A stretch of DNA of 64,000 nucleotides from an uncultured Clostridia bacterium (GCA_934233745.1 CAKQGN010000001.1:322621-386620), one strand, 5' to 3'; shown: positions 1 through 9,377, counted from the first letter of the stretch. Notes: a model not told the origin generated them from the sequence alone. Numbers and translations are program-made.

Positions 1-1798
1 GTCTCGATCGCTTTTGCTTTTCGGTAAGTTTTTTGTACGTGAATCTTTCCGCTGTGAATGGTTCGATCGCTGTAGGCGTGCAGTTTTTCAGGTTGTTGTC
101 GTTGAAACCGGTGAATGCGCCTTGTCTTGCACACACGTAACTTCTGATAAACTGTGTTGTCACGACAGGCATATATAGCCGTTTGAGGTACATTTGTCCG
201 GGTTTTATCAAATCCAAATCGCTTATAGGGACAAGCGGAACTTCACGAATGGAGTTGACAGACGGGTCTATTCTCGATTCAAGCGAGGGGATATAGTGTC
301 TGCCGCATTCATTGGCAAATATTTCTTTGGTGGCTCTGTTCTGTGCGCCCAAGAATATCTGTGCGTTGCAGTTGTCGCGGATGATGACCGATCTTTGTTC
401 ACCATAGACTACATCGATTTGTTTGTATGATTGAACAACCAAGTGAAACCAGATGTTGCGTGATCTCGAAGTCGCTATCTTGTTTTCTAAGTCTTTTATC
501 TCGGGGATGTTTCCGAATTCGTCGAGTAAGAAGTGAAGCGGCCTAGTTGCTTTGTTTTCTTCTGCACGCTTGAGCATTTGTCTGTAAACCCAATCGATGA
601 AAAGCCCCGCAATGAGGAAATCGCTCTTCTCATAATCTCTGGTGATGAGAAAGATTGCGAAGGGTTTGTCATATCCGGCGTTGTCGAGATTTATTGTGTT
701 GTTTGTTGTGAGTGCAAAGATGTGTCCTTGGAACCAGTCTTTAATTGCGCCGTCGAAAACACCGCAATAACTTCTCATTGTGTTGGGTGCGTTTGCCAGT
801 GCAGTTGCCATCAGTGCTTTTATTTTATATGGTTTGTTTCGCAACAACCAATGGTTGTATAGTTGTGTTTCATCGGCGAAGATGGGGTCTTTGAGTGCAA
901 GGTAGTACTGTTGTATTGTGCGGAAAGTCATCATGTCACGAGTAAAACCCGATGAGTCGTCGGCGGCGTCTTCCAACATACTGAGAATTATGCCTTTTAA
1001 CAAGTCTTGCGCACCATATTCCCAAGATTTATCTTGCATACATTGATCATTTATTAAGATGTGGACAAGTTGTCCCAAAAGGCTGTCGATGTTTGCTTCT
1101 AAAAAATCTTTTTCGAATTGGATGTAGTTGTCGCAAGTTGTGCCGTTAGGGAAGGCGAGCCCTTTATATTCGACATAGCCCTTGGGTGAATATTGACTTT
1201 CCGGATAGACGCATTTTAGTTCCGGTTTTACCTTGCCTGTGCGCATTTTGCAGCTTTTCCCGAGATTTTTGACTTGCATTTTAGTGTCGTAAATCTCGAG
1301 CAGAGGATTCCATCTGTCCGAGTGGATCAGGTCCTTGAAGTTCAAAACAAACAGTTGGTAGCCTTGATCCTTGAGATGCTGTGCATTCCTGTCAAACAAC
1401 TCGCCTTTCGGGTCTGTCAAAAAAAGGTTAGGTTTGTTCTTTTGAGAGGATATCGCTCTTAATTGCGGTTCCACACACCCCGTTGTCTTGCCACTGCCGG
1501 TTGTCCCGATATAGAGCTCGTGTGAATATGGCAGATAGTAATAGCGCAATCTACAAGCCTTTTGTTGCTCGTCGGTGAGCTTGTCAAATGCTTCGACGTC
1601 ATAAGAATTGCCTGCCGCATCCACATAATCGCTCGCAAAAGGATATCCCTTGACTTCTGTGTTTGGAAGCTCGTCATAAAAGACGGTGGTTACACCATGT
1701 TCTTTGGCGAGCTCGGTGTAATTAACCTTCTTTGCGCTTTCAAGATTTTCGTCTATGTAAGCAAATTTGATTTGGTCAATAATCGAACAGTTTTTCAT
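1..1798 (-). CDS. Type IV secretion coupling protein (VirD4/TraG/TraD-family T4CP), C-terminus cut by window edge
   Basis: Absent from the supplied ORF track because there is no stop codon inside the window. Manual minus-strand translation from ATG at 1798 (AGGAGG at 1805-1810) gives an uninterrupted ~599-codon frame, MKNCSIIDQIKFAY... It contains Walker A YIGTTGSGKTTG, Walker-B-like HFLLDEFGNIP and RDNCNAQIFLGAQN, as in conjugative coupling ATPases. Confidence 0.85.
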   Translation of the reverse strand, partial: MKNCSIIDQIKFAYIDENLESAKKVNYTELAKEHGVTTVFYDELPNTEVKGYPFASDYVDAAGNSYDVEAFDKLTDEQQKACRLRYYYLPYSHELYIGTTGSGKTTGCVEPQLRAISSQKNKPNLFLTDPKGELFDRNAQHLKDQGYQLFVLNFKDLIHSDRWNPLLEIYDTKMQVKNLGKSCKMRTGKVKPELKCVYPESQYSPKGYVEYKGLAFPNGTTCDNYIQFEKDFLEANIDSLLGQLVHILINDQCMQDKSWEYGAQDLLKGIILSMLEDAADDSSGFTRDMMTFRTIQQYYLALKDPIFADETQLYNHWLLRNKPYKIKALMATALANAPNTMRSYCGVFDGAIKDWFQGHIFALTTNNTINLDNAGYDKPFAIFLITRDYEKSDFLIAGLFIDWVYRQMLKRAEENKATRPLHFLLDEFGNIPEIKDLENKIATSRSRNIWFHLVVQSYKQIDVVYGEQRSVIIRDNCNAQIFLGAQNRATKEIFANECGRHYIPSLESRIDPSVNSIREVPLVPISDLDLIKPGQMYLKRLYMPVVTTQFIRSYVCARQGAFTGFNDNNLKNCTPTAIEPFTAERFTYKKLTEKQKRSR

Positions 1799-1809
1799 AG
1801 TTTTCCTCC

Positions 1810-2715
1810 TTATTTGAAACCGAGCTTTTTAGGTGGTTTTTCGGATGAATTTGTGACGTTTTTCCACTCCTTCTTCTCGTAGTTGTTGATATATTCCATT
1901 TTTTCGAAATAGTCCAAAGAATCGGATGTTATGGCTTCTACGAAAGAAAAGTCGATTGCGGTTTTGTCATAAGCATAAACGACATCTTGCTTTATCGAGG
2001 ATATGTATACATAATATGTCTGTGCTTCTTTGGAATATAAGTTCTTTACGGCATCCGGCAGGATGGTATATCCGCTCTTGAGATATTTTTCGGACAAATC
2101 CGCAAGTTCGTAGAAAACCTTGGATTTTTGTTTGTCGCCAGCAAGAATGTAGGTGTAGGCAAGGTAGAACATGGACGGAATGTCACCCCAAAATACGCAC
2201 TGGGTAAAACGATGAATCGCCTCGTTTATATCCGTGTCGCAACCGATGCCCAAAGCAAGCAAAATGCCGACCTGTCTTGTTGTCAAAAGGTTGCCCGATG
2301 CACTTGCTGTGTAAATTTTGGAGAATCTGATGTTTGATTGATATGTTTTATAGTGAGAGTAGTCAAACCAACTTGGGTTTATTTCAGCATTGTGCATATC
2401 CGAAAGGTTTTGAAGTCTTGTCAAAACATCGCCTTTGATATCAAACAAGATATCTTTGTCTGAATAGTTGTCGCCAAATGTTCTGCTACGATACACTGCC
2501 TGCTGGTCTGCCGTCAAACCTAAGGACGACAAATCGTCTAATATGATTCGTTTACTATGGTCAATAAAAGCCTCGTTCAAACGCAACGCACGACCGATAA
2601 AATCAATTATTCTATTTGCGTCTGCTTTTAGTTCGGGCGTTTGGGTATTGGACATCATGGTGGTTGAAAGCACCATGTTGTAGAAAGCTATGTAATTCTT
2701 GAAGATGGTATCCAT
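1810..2715 (-). CDS. Hypothetical protein, possibly Sel1-like repeat, co-transcribed upstream of the T4CP
   Basis: ORF track lists 1810..2727 with a GTG start. ATG at 2715 sits at a better distance from the AAAGGGGGG RBS. The stop overlaps the T4CP RBS. The GILLALGIGCDTDINEAIHRF...MFYLAYTYILAGD segment is weakly Sel1-like. Confidence 0.6.
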   Translation of the reverse strand: MDTIFKNYIAFYNMVLSTTMMSNTQTPELKADANRIIDFIGRALRLNEAFIDHSKRIILDDLSSLGLTADQQAVYRSRTFGDNYSDKDILFDIKGDVLTRLQNLSDMHNAEINPSWFDYSHYKTYQSNIRFSKIYTASASGNLLTTRQVGILLALGIGCDTDINEAIHRFTQCVFWGDIPSMFYLAYTYILAGDKQKSKVFYELADLSEKYLKSGYTILPDAVKNLYSKEAQTYYVYISSIKQDVVYAYDKTAIDFSFVEAITSDSLDYFEKMEYINNYEKKEWKNVTNSSEKPPKKLGFK

Positions 2716-2941
2716 ATAAAGAAACACCCCCCTTTGTCGGTTGTCATGTTTTTAGTATAAGGTGAATTAAAACAATTGTCAAGATATACAGAATGTTCGA
2801 AATCTCGTAAATATTGCGGGAAATCTACAAAAAATGAGGGGTGAAGTGCAGAAAATTTGAGCAAATTGTACAATAACAAAGTGTATTCCATTATGTTGGG
2901 CTTAGCAATCTGTTTTGTAAAACTCCGATAGAGGAGGCAAA

Positions 2942-3082
2942 ATGGATAACAGAACACCGGCACCGGTTTTAGATTTTGATGGAACGATAGTTCGTTTATT
3001 TGCAAATTACGACCTAACGGACTTAAGACAAGGGAAGTTTTCCTTTGCAAATAGCCGTTTATTATTTATTGATAGTCAATAA
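2942..3082 (+). pseudogene. 46-codon ORF resembling the N-terminal stub of a HAD-superfamily hydrolase
   Basis: Strong RBS GAGGAGG (2931-2937) precedes ATG 2942. Translation is MDNRTPAPVLDFDGTIVRLFANYDL..., and DFDGT matches HAD motif I (DxDxT). It is too short to be a complete HAD enzyme. Confidence 0.25.
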
Positions 3083-3172
3083 TTCATTTTCACTAATTAT
3101 TAGAGTTGTATATAGGCGAAGCTTATTTCTTGACAAAATGTTGTATTATTCGCCAAAAACCGCACTTTGATA

Positions 3173-3201
3173 TTGACAATGTTGAGGACATAAGATATAC
3201 T
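3173..3201 (+). promoter_or_regulatory. Sigma-70-type promoter (TTGACA-17 nt-TATACT) upstream of the XRE gene
   Basis: TTGACA at 3173-3178, 17-nt spacer, TATACT at 3196-3201, about 70 nt upstream of ATG 3273. Confidence 0.5.
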
Positions 3202-3272
3202 AAAACAAAAATGCGCAGTTTTTAGTTGTTAAATGTAGTTTTATTTGTTCTAAATCTTGCGAGGGAGAAAGA

Positions 3273-3602
3273 ATGTACAACGCCGAAAGAAAATATATCG
3301 ATTGGGATAAGACAGGTAAAAACCTCAAGTTGCTTAGGTGCGACAATATTCTTTTGCGCAAATATGTGTGCAGGGCTTTGAAAACCGCATCTAACGATTG
3401 CGACGGCGCAGATTGTGAAAACTGCCGTTTTGATATGGATAACAGCATCAGCCAAGCAGAACTTGCAAAAGTTTTTAACGTTTCAGAAAATATGGTGGCA
3501 AATTGGGAGAATAATCGCAGTACGCCGTCACTGGAAGATCTGATTTTTTATAGCCAAATTTGCGGAATTAAATTGGAAAATATTATAGTTTTTAGGAAAT
3601 AG
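3273..3602 (+). CDS. XRE-family helix-turn-helix transcriptional regulator
   Basis: The ISQAELAKVFNVSENMVANWENNRSTPSLEDLIFYSQICGIKLENI segment is a classic Cro/C1 HTH. RBS is GAGGGAG. Confidence 0.8.
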   Translation: MYNAERKYIDWDKTGKNLKLLRCDNILLRKYVCRALKTASNDCDGADCENCRFDMDNSISQAELAKVFNVSENMVANWENNRSTPSLEDLIFYSQICGIKLENIIVFRK

Positions 3603-3626
3603 CCCGTAGAAAATACGGGTTTTTTG
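3602..3626 (+). terminator. Rho-independent terminator
   Basis: CCCGTA-GAAAA-TACGGG hairpin followed by TTTTTT, immediately after the XRE stop. Confidence 0.7.
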
Positions 3627-3688
3627 TACTTTATACACTATAAGTCTAGAATTTGCCAAAAGGTATCACGAATCGAAGGGATGACGTA

Positions 3689-3718
3689 TAGACAAGTGTA
3701 AACATGCTATTGTAGAAT
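3689..3718 (+). promoter_or_regulatory. Candidate promoter for the YbjN-like/TerY-P genes (TAGACA-18 nt-TG-n-TAGAAT)
   Basis: TAGACA at 3689-3694 and an extended -10, TGTAGAAT, ending at 3718, about 60 nt upstream of ATG 3777. Confidence 0.35.
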
Positions 3719-3776
3719 GTTAGCGTAAGGGAAAACCTACGAAACATAGAAACAAAAAAAAGGAGCATTAAAGAAG

Positions 3777-4262
3777 ATGGAAAAGAAAGTCGAAAAACAA
3801 GCACAGGAAATTTTTGAAAGATTTTGCAACTATTTAAAGAGCGTGGACTGGCACTTCGACACGGACACGTCAAACGGGAATTTCATTATTCTTGCGTCGG
3901 CGCGCGGAGATGATTTGCCGATAAATCTTATCGTTCAAGTCGATCCGCAAAGGCAATTGATATCCTTGTTCTCAAATATGCCGTTTAATATGGATAAAGA
4001 AAAACTCTTTGAAGGTGCAGTTGCGACAAGCATCATAAATCATTTGTTGGCGGACGGCAGTTTTGACTACGATGTACATGATGGCTCTATCCTGTTCAGA
4101 ATGACTACCAGCTGGAGGGGCGGAGCAATAAGCGATGATGTGTTCGAGTATCTAATGATGGTTGCCTGTAGAACCATAGACGAGTATAACGACAAATTGT
4201 TGATGATATCCAAAGGGGTAATGTCGGTTGACGATTTGTATAAACTCACGCATCAAGAGTAA
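3777..4262 (+). CDS. YbjN-like (T3SS-chaperone-fold / putative sensory transduction regulator) protein
   Basis: 161 aa with RBS AAGGAG. The pattern FERFCNYL...WHFDTD...NFIILASARGDDLPINLIVQVDPQRQLISLFSNMPF...DGSFDYDVHDGSILFRMT is as remembered for the YbjN family. Confidence 0.5.
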   Translation: MEKKVEKQAQEIFERFCNYLKSVDWHFDTDTSNGNFIILASARGDDLPINLIVQVDPQRQLISLFSNMPFNMDKEKLFEGAVATSIINHLLADGSFDYDVHDGSILFRMTTSWRGGAISDDVFEYLMMVACRTIDEYNDKLLMISKGVMSVDDLYKLTHQE

Positions 4263-4321
4263 CAAAAACTTTGCAACAATAATAAAAACAACAATTAAAC
4301 ATTATAAAAGGAGAGGAAATT

Positions 4322-4990
4322 ATGTCTACAAACCAAGGATTAGATTACAATGTCGATATCGTTATGTGCATTGACGCGACAGGAAGTATGTCATCAATCA
4401 TTAACGAAGTAAAAACAAACGCGCTTTCGTTCTATCGCAGCTTTGTCAAAGCGATGCAAGATGGGGATAAATCCGTACAACAATTGCGCATCAAGGTGAT
4501 TGCATTCAGAGATTACGGTTGCGACACGGAGCCTATGGTAGAATCCAAGTTCTTTGTACTCGATGACGAAAGCACGGATTTCCACGATTTTGTCAACGGA
4601 ATAGAAGCGACAGGCGGCGGCGACGGTCCCGAAAACTCACTCGAGGCAATTGCTTTGGCGATGAAATCGGATTGGGTTAGAACGGGTACGAAGAGACGTC
4701 ATGTCATCATCATGTGGACGGACGCTCCGGCACTCGCACTCGGAGCAAGAAGAGAATCCCCCAACTACCCGAGCGACATGCCGGCAGACCTCGCAGAATT
4801 GCATGAATGGTGGGAAGGACAGGAGATGGATAAAAACGCAAAGAGACTGCTTATCTTTGCTCCCGATACCGAACCGTGGTCTGATTTGGTGGACTGGATG
4901 AACACATTTCACGAGGCATCGCAAGCAGGGCAAGGCTGTAAAGAGACGGATATCAACGCCTGCATACGCATGTTGGTAAACTCAATCTAA
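4322..4990 (+). CDS. vWA-domain protein (TerY-like component of a TerY-P triad)
   Basis: MIDAS-type motif DIVMCIDATGSM (DxTxS), then GGGDGPENSLEAIALAM and IIMWTDAP. RBS is AAAGGAGAGG. Confidence 0.85.
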   Translation: MSTNQGLDYNVDIVMCIDATGSMSSIINEVKTNALSFYRSFVKAMQDGDKSVQQLRIKVIAFRDYGCDTEPMVESKFFVLDDESTDFHDFVNGIEATGGGDGPENSLEAIALAMKSDWVRTGTKRRHVIIMWTDAPALALGARRESPNYPSDMPADLAELHEWWEGQEMDKNAKRLLIFAPDTEPWSDLVDWMNTFHEASQAGQGCKETDINACIRMLVNSI

Positions 4991-5063
4991 TCGGCATCTA
5001 TTTGTCCCGAGATAATTTACGGAGCAAAGAATTGTTATAAAAAGGCTTTGTGCCAATTGACAC

Positions 5064-5099
5064 AAACGGATTGCTCTCTTATAGGGCAATCCGTTTTTA
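5064..5099 (+). terminator. Terminator-like hairpin between the vWA and PP2C genes
   Basis: AAACGGATTGC - 11-nt loop - GCAATCCGTTT followed by TTTAT, located between the stop at 4990 and ATG 5118. Confidence 0.5.
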
Positions 5100-5117
5100 T
5101 TCCTAGGGGGAAAAGAG

Positions 5118-6878
5118 ATGATTGTTTACAATCAAAGAATTCAGAAATGGGAACCTAAAGTTTATATTGGAGAAGACGCGCATCCGTATGCGAAGGATGG
5201 AATTTTGCTCGTCGCAGACGGATTGGGTGGCAGGGGAGGATATCCTCATAAGAAGGCCGATAGGGGAATCATAGACAGAGACAAGTTTTATGACCTTGTC
5301 TTTGGCGATGTGTTTAAAGGGAACGTCGATGAGGATTTTGTAAATTACGTCGTGAATGGTTTTTCGGAAATTTTCGAGATGAAAGACTATTATTTTGAGT
5401 GCGAAAGAGCAATAAGAACGAGCGGGTATTTTGCTTCTCGTCTTGTGGCAGCCATTGCATTGTACGAGATTAAGTATGTCAAAACATTCGATAGAGAAAA
5501 GTTGTTTGACGACATACAAAACCATCAAGACACAATCGACCGGGTTTTGAGTGAATATGCAACACGTCTTGCGAAAGAGATTCGCGATAAACTTGAAAAA
5601 ATAGCGAAGAAAATAGGTTTGGAAATAGAAACGAGTGTCACGGGAGCATATCTGTTGCCGACAACACTGCAAATTGCGCTCACAAAAGAGGAAAAAAACG
5701 TCGTTAAATCTGTGTTTCTGTGGGCCGGTGATTCGCGCGCGTATATGTGGAATAAAGACGGGTTGGCACAAATAACAGACGATCACGAAAATGCCGAAAC
5801 CATGTATAATCTTGTGTGTCTATCGCGCGATTTTAAGATTGAAGCAAGATATGAGAGTTTTCAAAAACCATGTGTGTTGTTTGTTGCGACGGACGGATGT
5901 TATAAATGCTCTTGTTATTCATCTCCGCTTGAAATGGAAATGACGTTTTTGAACGCATTTAACGATGCAGATACATTTGAAGATGCGGCGAAAAATTTTG
6001 AGGAGACATACGACCGTATAGGCAGACACGACGACAGCAATTCAATGGCATTGCAATCGTTCGGCTACGATAATGAGGATAATGCCCGGGATTATGGCAT
6101 TTTTAAGAACGCAGTAAAAGAAAGACTGAAACATATTCAACAAAACATCATAAGAAAACTGCCGGATATATTCGAAGTGAATTATTCCGAAGAAAGCCGT
6201 AGAATAGAGGAAATGAAAAACGATATCGTTTTTGAAAACGCAACAGAGTGGATAAATTCACAAAAAGTTTTCGAATATGTTTCCCGACTGATGACCGATG
6301 CGCAATATGAGCCTTTTTTCAAGGCGAAAAAAGAAAACGCTGATAATTTGAATATGCTGAACGATAGGGCATCGAAAGCAAAAAAACAAGCAATGAATTG
6401 GTTTGGAACAAACAAGGAATTGTTTTTTAGTCCATCGGTGAACGAGAAAGACGACGAGACTCTGTATGATATGCTTATAAAGAAAGAATTGGAAGGACGA
6501 TTTACTTCGTTTAGCTTGGAAACATCTAGCGCAAAGCAATTGAGAAAAATTGCAGAAAAACTAGAAGAATTTCGTGCCGTTGAAGACGAGTTGAATATCA
6601 TTGAGGAAGCGAGAGCCCATCTTTATAACCAAGAAATAGAGATTCGCAATCAATATACTATGCGATTTTGGAGAACGAGGCGCAACGAGATTGTGCGAAA
6701 AATTTGGGAAGAAAAAAGAGATTTGCTCGCTGAGCAAGAGCGTGAGGAGAAAGAAAAAAAACTTGCCGCATTCGAAGAAGAAAACGAGCAGATATTGAAA
6801 AAAATCGGCATCATGGATGAAATATGTGCCGAGTATGACAGAAATTATAAGAAGTACTTTAAGGAGGCAAGAGTATGA
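5118..6878 (+). CDS. PP2C/PPM-family Ser/Thr phosphatase with long coiled-coil C-terminal half (TerY-P phosphatase)
   Basis: ILLVADGLGGRGG, WAGDSRAYMW and FVATDGCYK are PPM signature blocks. The C-terminal ~250 aa are K/E-rich coiled coil. Confidence 0.85.
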   Translation: MIVYNQRIQKWEPKVYIGEDAHPYAKDGILLVADGLGGRGGYPHKKADRGIIDRDKFYDLVFGDVFKGNVDEDFVNYVVNGFSEIFEMKDYYFECERAIRTSGYFASRLVAAIALYEIKYVKTFDREKLFDDIQNHQDTIDRVLSEYATRLAKEIRDKLEKIAKKIGLEIETSVTGAYLLPTTLQIALTKEEKNVVKSVFLWAGDSRAYMWNKDGLAQITDDHENAETMYNLVCLSRDFKIEARYESFQKPCVLFVATDGCYKCSCYSSPLEMEMTFLNAFNDADTFEDAAKNFEETYDRIGRHDDSNSMALQSFGYDNEDNARDYGIFKNAVKERLKHIQQNIIRKLPDIFEVNYSEESRRIEEMKNDIVFENATEWINSQKVFEYVSRLMTDAQYEPFFKAKKENADNLNMLNDRASKAKKQAMNWFGTNKELFFSPSVNEKDDETLYDMLIKKELEGRFTSFSLETSSAKQLRKIAEKLEEFRAVEDELNIIEEARAHLYNQEIEIRNQYTMRFWRTRRNEIVRKIWEEKRDLLAEQEREEKEKKLAAFEEENEQILKKIGIMDEICAEYDRNYKKYFKEARV

Positions 6879-8317
6879 ATGTCGGTGCATATGAACTGAT
6901 AGGCAATTGGAAAGTGTCGAATGTAGGTTTTACGGCATTGGCAATGAGAGGACACAAGAAGTATTTTCTCAAACGTTACGGCGAATATAAAAAACCAAGA
7001 CGGAATGCATCGACGAGCGACAAGCTTTATGCAAGGCTTGAAAGGGAATTTAACGATTTCGTGAAATATAGATCCGCCGTGAACGAGGCTCTTTCGACAG
7101 TTGCGTGCGAGGGGGGGAATATTATTCTTCCGACACATTGGTTCGTGGATGATATTAACTTCATAGAAGCCACTCAATTTATCGATGGTCTTTTGGAGGA
7201 TAAAGAAATAATGGCGTTGCCTGTCGATCAATTGCACTTCGTTATGATGACCGCGGCAAAAGCCGTGAAAGAAATTCATGGGAAGAATATTGTGCACAGT
7301 GACTTGAAGCGCACAAACATTCTTGCAGCACGAAATTCATCCGGAAAAGTTGTTGCAAAAATCATCGATTTTGATAAGAGCTATTTTCCGAACAGAGTGA
7401 GGGAGAATGATTTGGGCGGAGATCAACTTTATATGTCTCCGGAACTTACTTGGTGTCTTATTAGCGAATGTGAAGAGGATGCCGTGTCGAAATTGTCCAC
7501 AAAATCCGATGTGTTTTCGCTCGGTATTGTTTTTTACAACTATCTGACAAAAGGCGAATTCCCTCAAATTACAGGGTTAACCGGCAAACTAAAGGAAAAA
7601 GAAGATTCGGGGAAAGCGGTGTACTGCGGAGAGGCGTTAGTGTCGGGAGCAAAACTTGTAATATCAAAAAAAATAAAAGATGAATATATGCAACGCTTGC
7701 TTGCAAATATGTTGTATCTCGACCCGGAAAAACGAATTTCCGCACAAGAAGTGTTGGACGTGCTCAAAAATAAAAGGGTTCTTGCTTTTGATCCGAATCA
7801 AGGCATTGTTATTAATGGGACTACAAGCACGTTTTCGACAAGACCGAGCACGCCGACGGAAAGGTCTGACACTGACACACCGAGAAGCTATTGTGAGCCA
7901 TGGGACGAGCATAAATGCAAATTCGATATTGCGGAGCTTAAAGCAAGCGGATTCGTATCATCGAAGAAAATCAATAGAAAAGGGGTAAATTGTTATCAAT
8001 TTTACAGAGCAGACGGCACCCATAATATATTTTCGATAAATACTCTGCGCATTTTAGGTTGGGTTACAGATATATCGAGTACGGATGAGAAAATGGATGA
8101 AAAAACATCTGATACATTTGTTCCTTCCGATGATGTTTGGGACTCGGATGCAGGTTACCGTATATATAATGAAAAGGCAAAAAACGATGGTTATGCAGGA
8201 ATTGCAAAACATCGAAAAAACGGTAGAAACGGGTATGTTTTGTTGAGAAAAGACGGCACAAATCAATTTGTATTGATAAATCAACTCCTAATGATCGGAT
8301 ATGCCGAGAAGAAGTGA
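6875..8317 (+). CDS. Ser/Thr protein kinase (TerY-P kinase) with duplicated C-terminal ~45-aa module
   Basis: IVHSDLKRTNIL (catalytic loop), IIDFDKS (DFG-like) and YMSPE (APE-like). The start overlaps the PP2C stop (ATGA). Confidence 0.85.
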   Translation: MNVGAYELIGNWKVSNVGFTALAMRGHKKYFLKRYGEYKKPRRNASTSDKLYARLEREFNDFVKYRSAVNEALSTVACEGGNIILPTHWFVDDINFIEATQFIDGLLEDKEIMALPVDQLHFVMMTAAKAVKEIHGKNIVHSDLKRTNILAARNSSGKVVAKIIDFDKSYFPNRVRENDLGGDQLYMSPELTWCLISECEEDAVSKLSTKSDVFSLGIVFYNYLTKGEFPQITGLTGKLKEKEDSGKAVYCGEALVSGAKLVISKKIKDEYMQRLLANMLYLDPEKRISAQEVLDVLKNKRVLAFDPNQGIVINGTTSTFSTRPSTPTERSDTDTPRSYCEPWDEHKCKFDIAELKASGFVSSKKINRKGVNCYQFYRADGTHNIFSINTLRILGWVTDISSTDEKMDEKTSDTFVPSDDVWDSDAGYRIYNEKAKNDGYAGIAKHRKNGRNGYVLLRKDGTNQFVLINQLLMIGYAEKK

Positions 8318-8468
8318 CGCGGTTAATCCGACGGAAAAAGAGCATATGGAAAGTACAAGGGTATTTCCCCGATAAAACACAGTTATTCAAATTGGTAAAA
8401 TCACAGATAAGAGAGATTGACTCTGTCGCTATCCGCAAGGATGGGTCAATAATTATTCGAGGTCAAAA

Positions 8469-9377
8469 ATGGAGAACACTAAGTATTTGAAAGCACAATG
8501 TTCGCTTACCCGGAAGCATTTTTGTTTGGAAATCAAACAATTCGGTAGAGATTGGAAAGTCGTAAACTTTTTGGGAATATCCGCCGACGAGGCGAAAGTT
8601 ATGACCTCCGAAATAAGACAGGCAAAGTTCGAGACAAATTCGACTCTTTTGCCGTGCACCAAGTGCAAAAGTAGAGTTGTGGGAGGTTGTGCCTGCAAGA
8701 CAAAAGGATGCCAAGGCGGCGCTGATTTTCAGTGTATATACTGTAAGAATATGAAAATCGATTATTCGGATGCGGCGCGAGTGTCTTGCTACAAAGATGG
8801 CGACACAATCAAATTGTCACAGGGACAAGAAATAAAGATTAGATACAAAAATAAGCCTTTAACGAGAATTGTCGTCGGACTGGGGTGGGATCCCGTAGGC
8901 GGTTTTAGGGGTGCAAATATGGACATTGACTCGTCGGTGTTCGTGATGGGGTCGAGAGGGTTTGACATCGTGTATTTCGGACAATTGAAACATCCGAGCG
9001 GATGCGTGGTGCATCACGGAGACAATCTAACGGGTGAAAATAGAGGCTTCAATGTCGATGACGAAAACATAGATGTTTTTTTGGATAAGGTGCCTCAGGA
9101 CAGGAATCAACTTGTGTTTGTGTTGAACATATACAAGTGTGTGGAAAGAAATCAGAATTTGTCGAAAGTGAAGAATATGTACATAAAACTTTACGATCCT
9201 ATTTCACACACTCCGCTTGTTGAATATAGAGTAAACGAGAACTTGAACAACGGCACGGCGTTGATTATCGGTGTGGCAACAAGGGTTGGCGGCGAATGGG
9301 TTTTCAAAGCCGTCGGCAGAGGCAGTAATGCGACATCGATTTCAGAACTGGCGGTTGAATACGGCAAATTGTACTGA
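8469..9377 (+). CDS. Zn-ribbon + TerD-domain protein
   Basis: N-terminal Cys cluster CTKCKSRVVGGCACKTKGCQGGADFQCIYC. The TerD core reads IVVGLGWDP...NMDIDSSVFVM...VYFGQLKHPSGCVVHHGDNLTGE...DDENIDVFLDKVP. Confidence 0.85.
   Translation: MENTKYLKAQCSLTRKHFCLEIKQFGRDWKVVNFLGISADEAKVMTSEIRQAKFETNSTLLPCTKCKSRVVGGCACKTKGCQGGADFQCIYCKNMKIDYSDAARVSCYKDGDTIKLSQGQEIKIRYKNKPLTRIVVGLGWDPVGGFRGANMDIDSSVFVMGSRGFDIVYFGQLKHPSGCVVHHGDNLTGENRGFNVDDENIDVFLDKVPQDRNQLVFVLNIYKCVERNQNLSKVKNMYIKLYDPISHTPLVEYRVNENLNNGTALIIGVATRVGGEWVFKAVGRGSNATSISELAVEYGKLY

Noticed and set aside
194-1882. Short + and - strand ORFs from the track (194..430, 533..862, 1274..1462, 1459..1677, 1562..1882)
   Set aside because: All lie inside or antisense to the long uninterrupted minus-strand T4CP frame. 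They have odd Cys/Phe-rich compositions and no RBS, so they are shadow ORFs.
5103-5786. 227-aa minus-strand ORF antisense to the PP2C gene. Other long antisense ORFs are in the same class: 6182..6601, 6845..7297, 12025..12504, 15154..15732, 17728..18348, 19050..19508, 28620..29201, 29220..30074, 31935..32552, 33180..33830, 35125..35733, 38698..39558, 43847..44491.
   Set aside because: Each fully overlaps a motif-supported gene on the opposite strand. They lack RBSs and domain signatures and have the low-complexity, Cys/Arg/Phe-rich composition typical of antisense frames.
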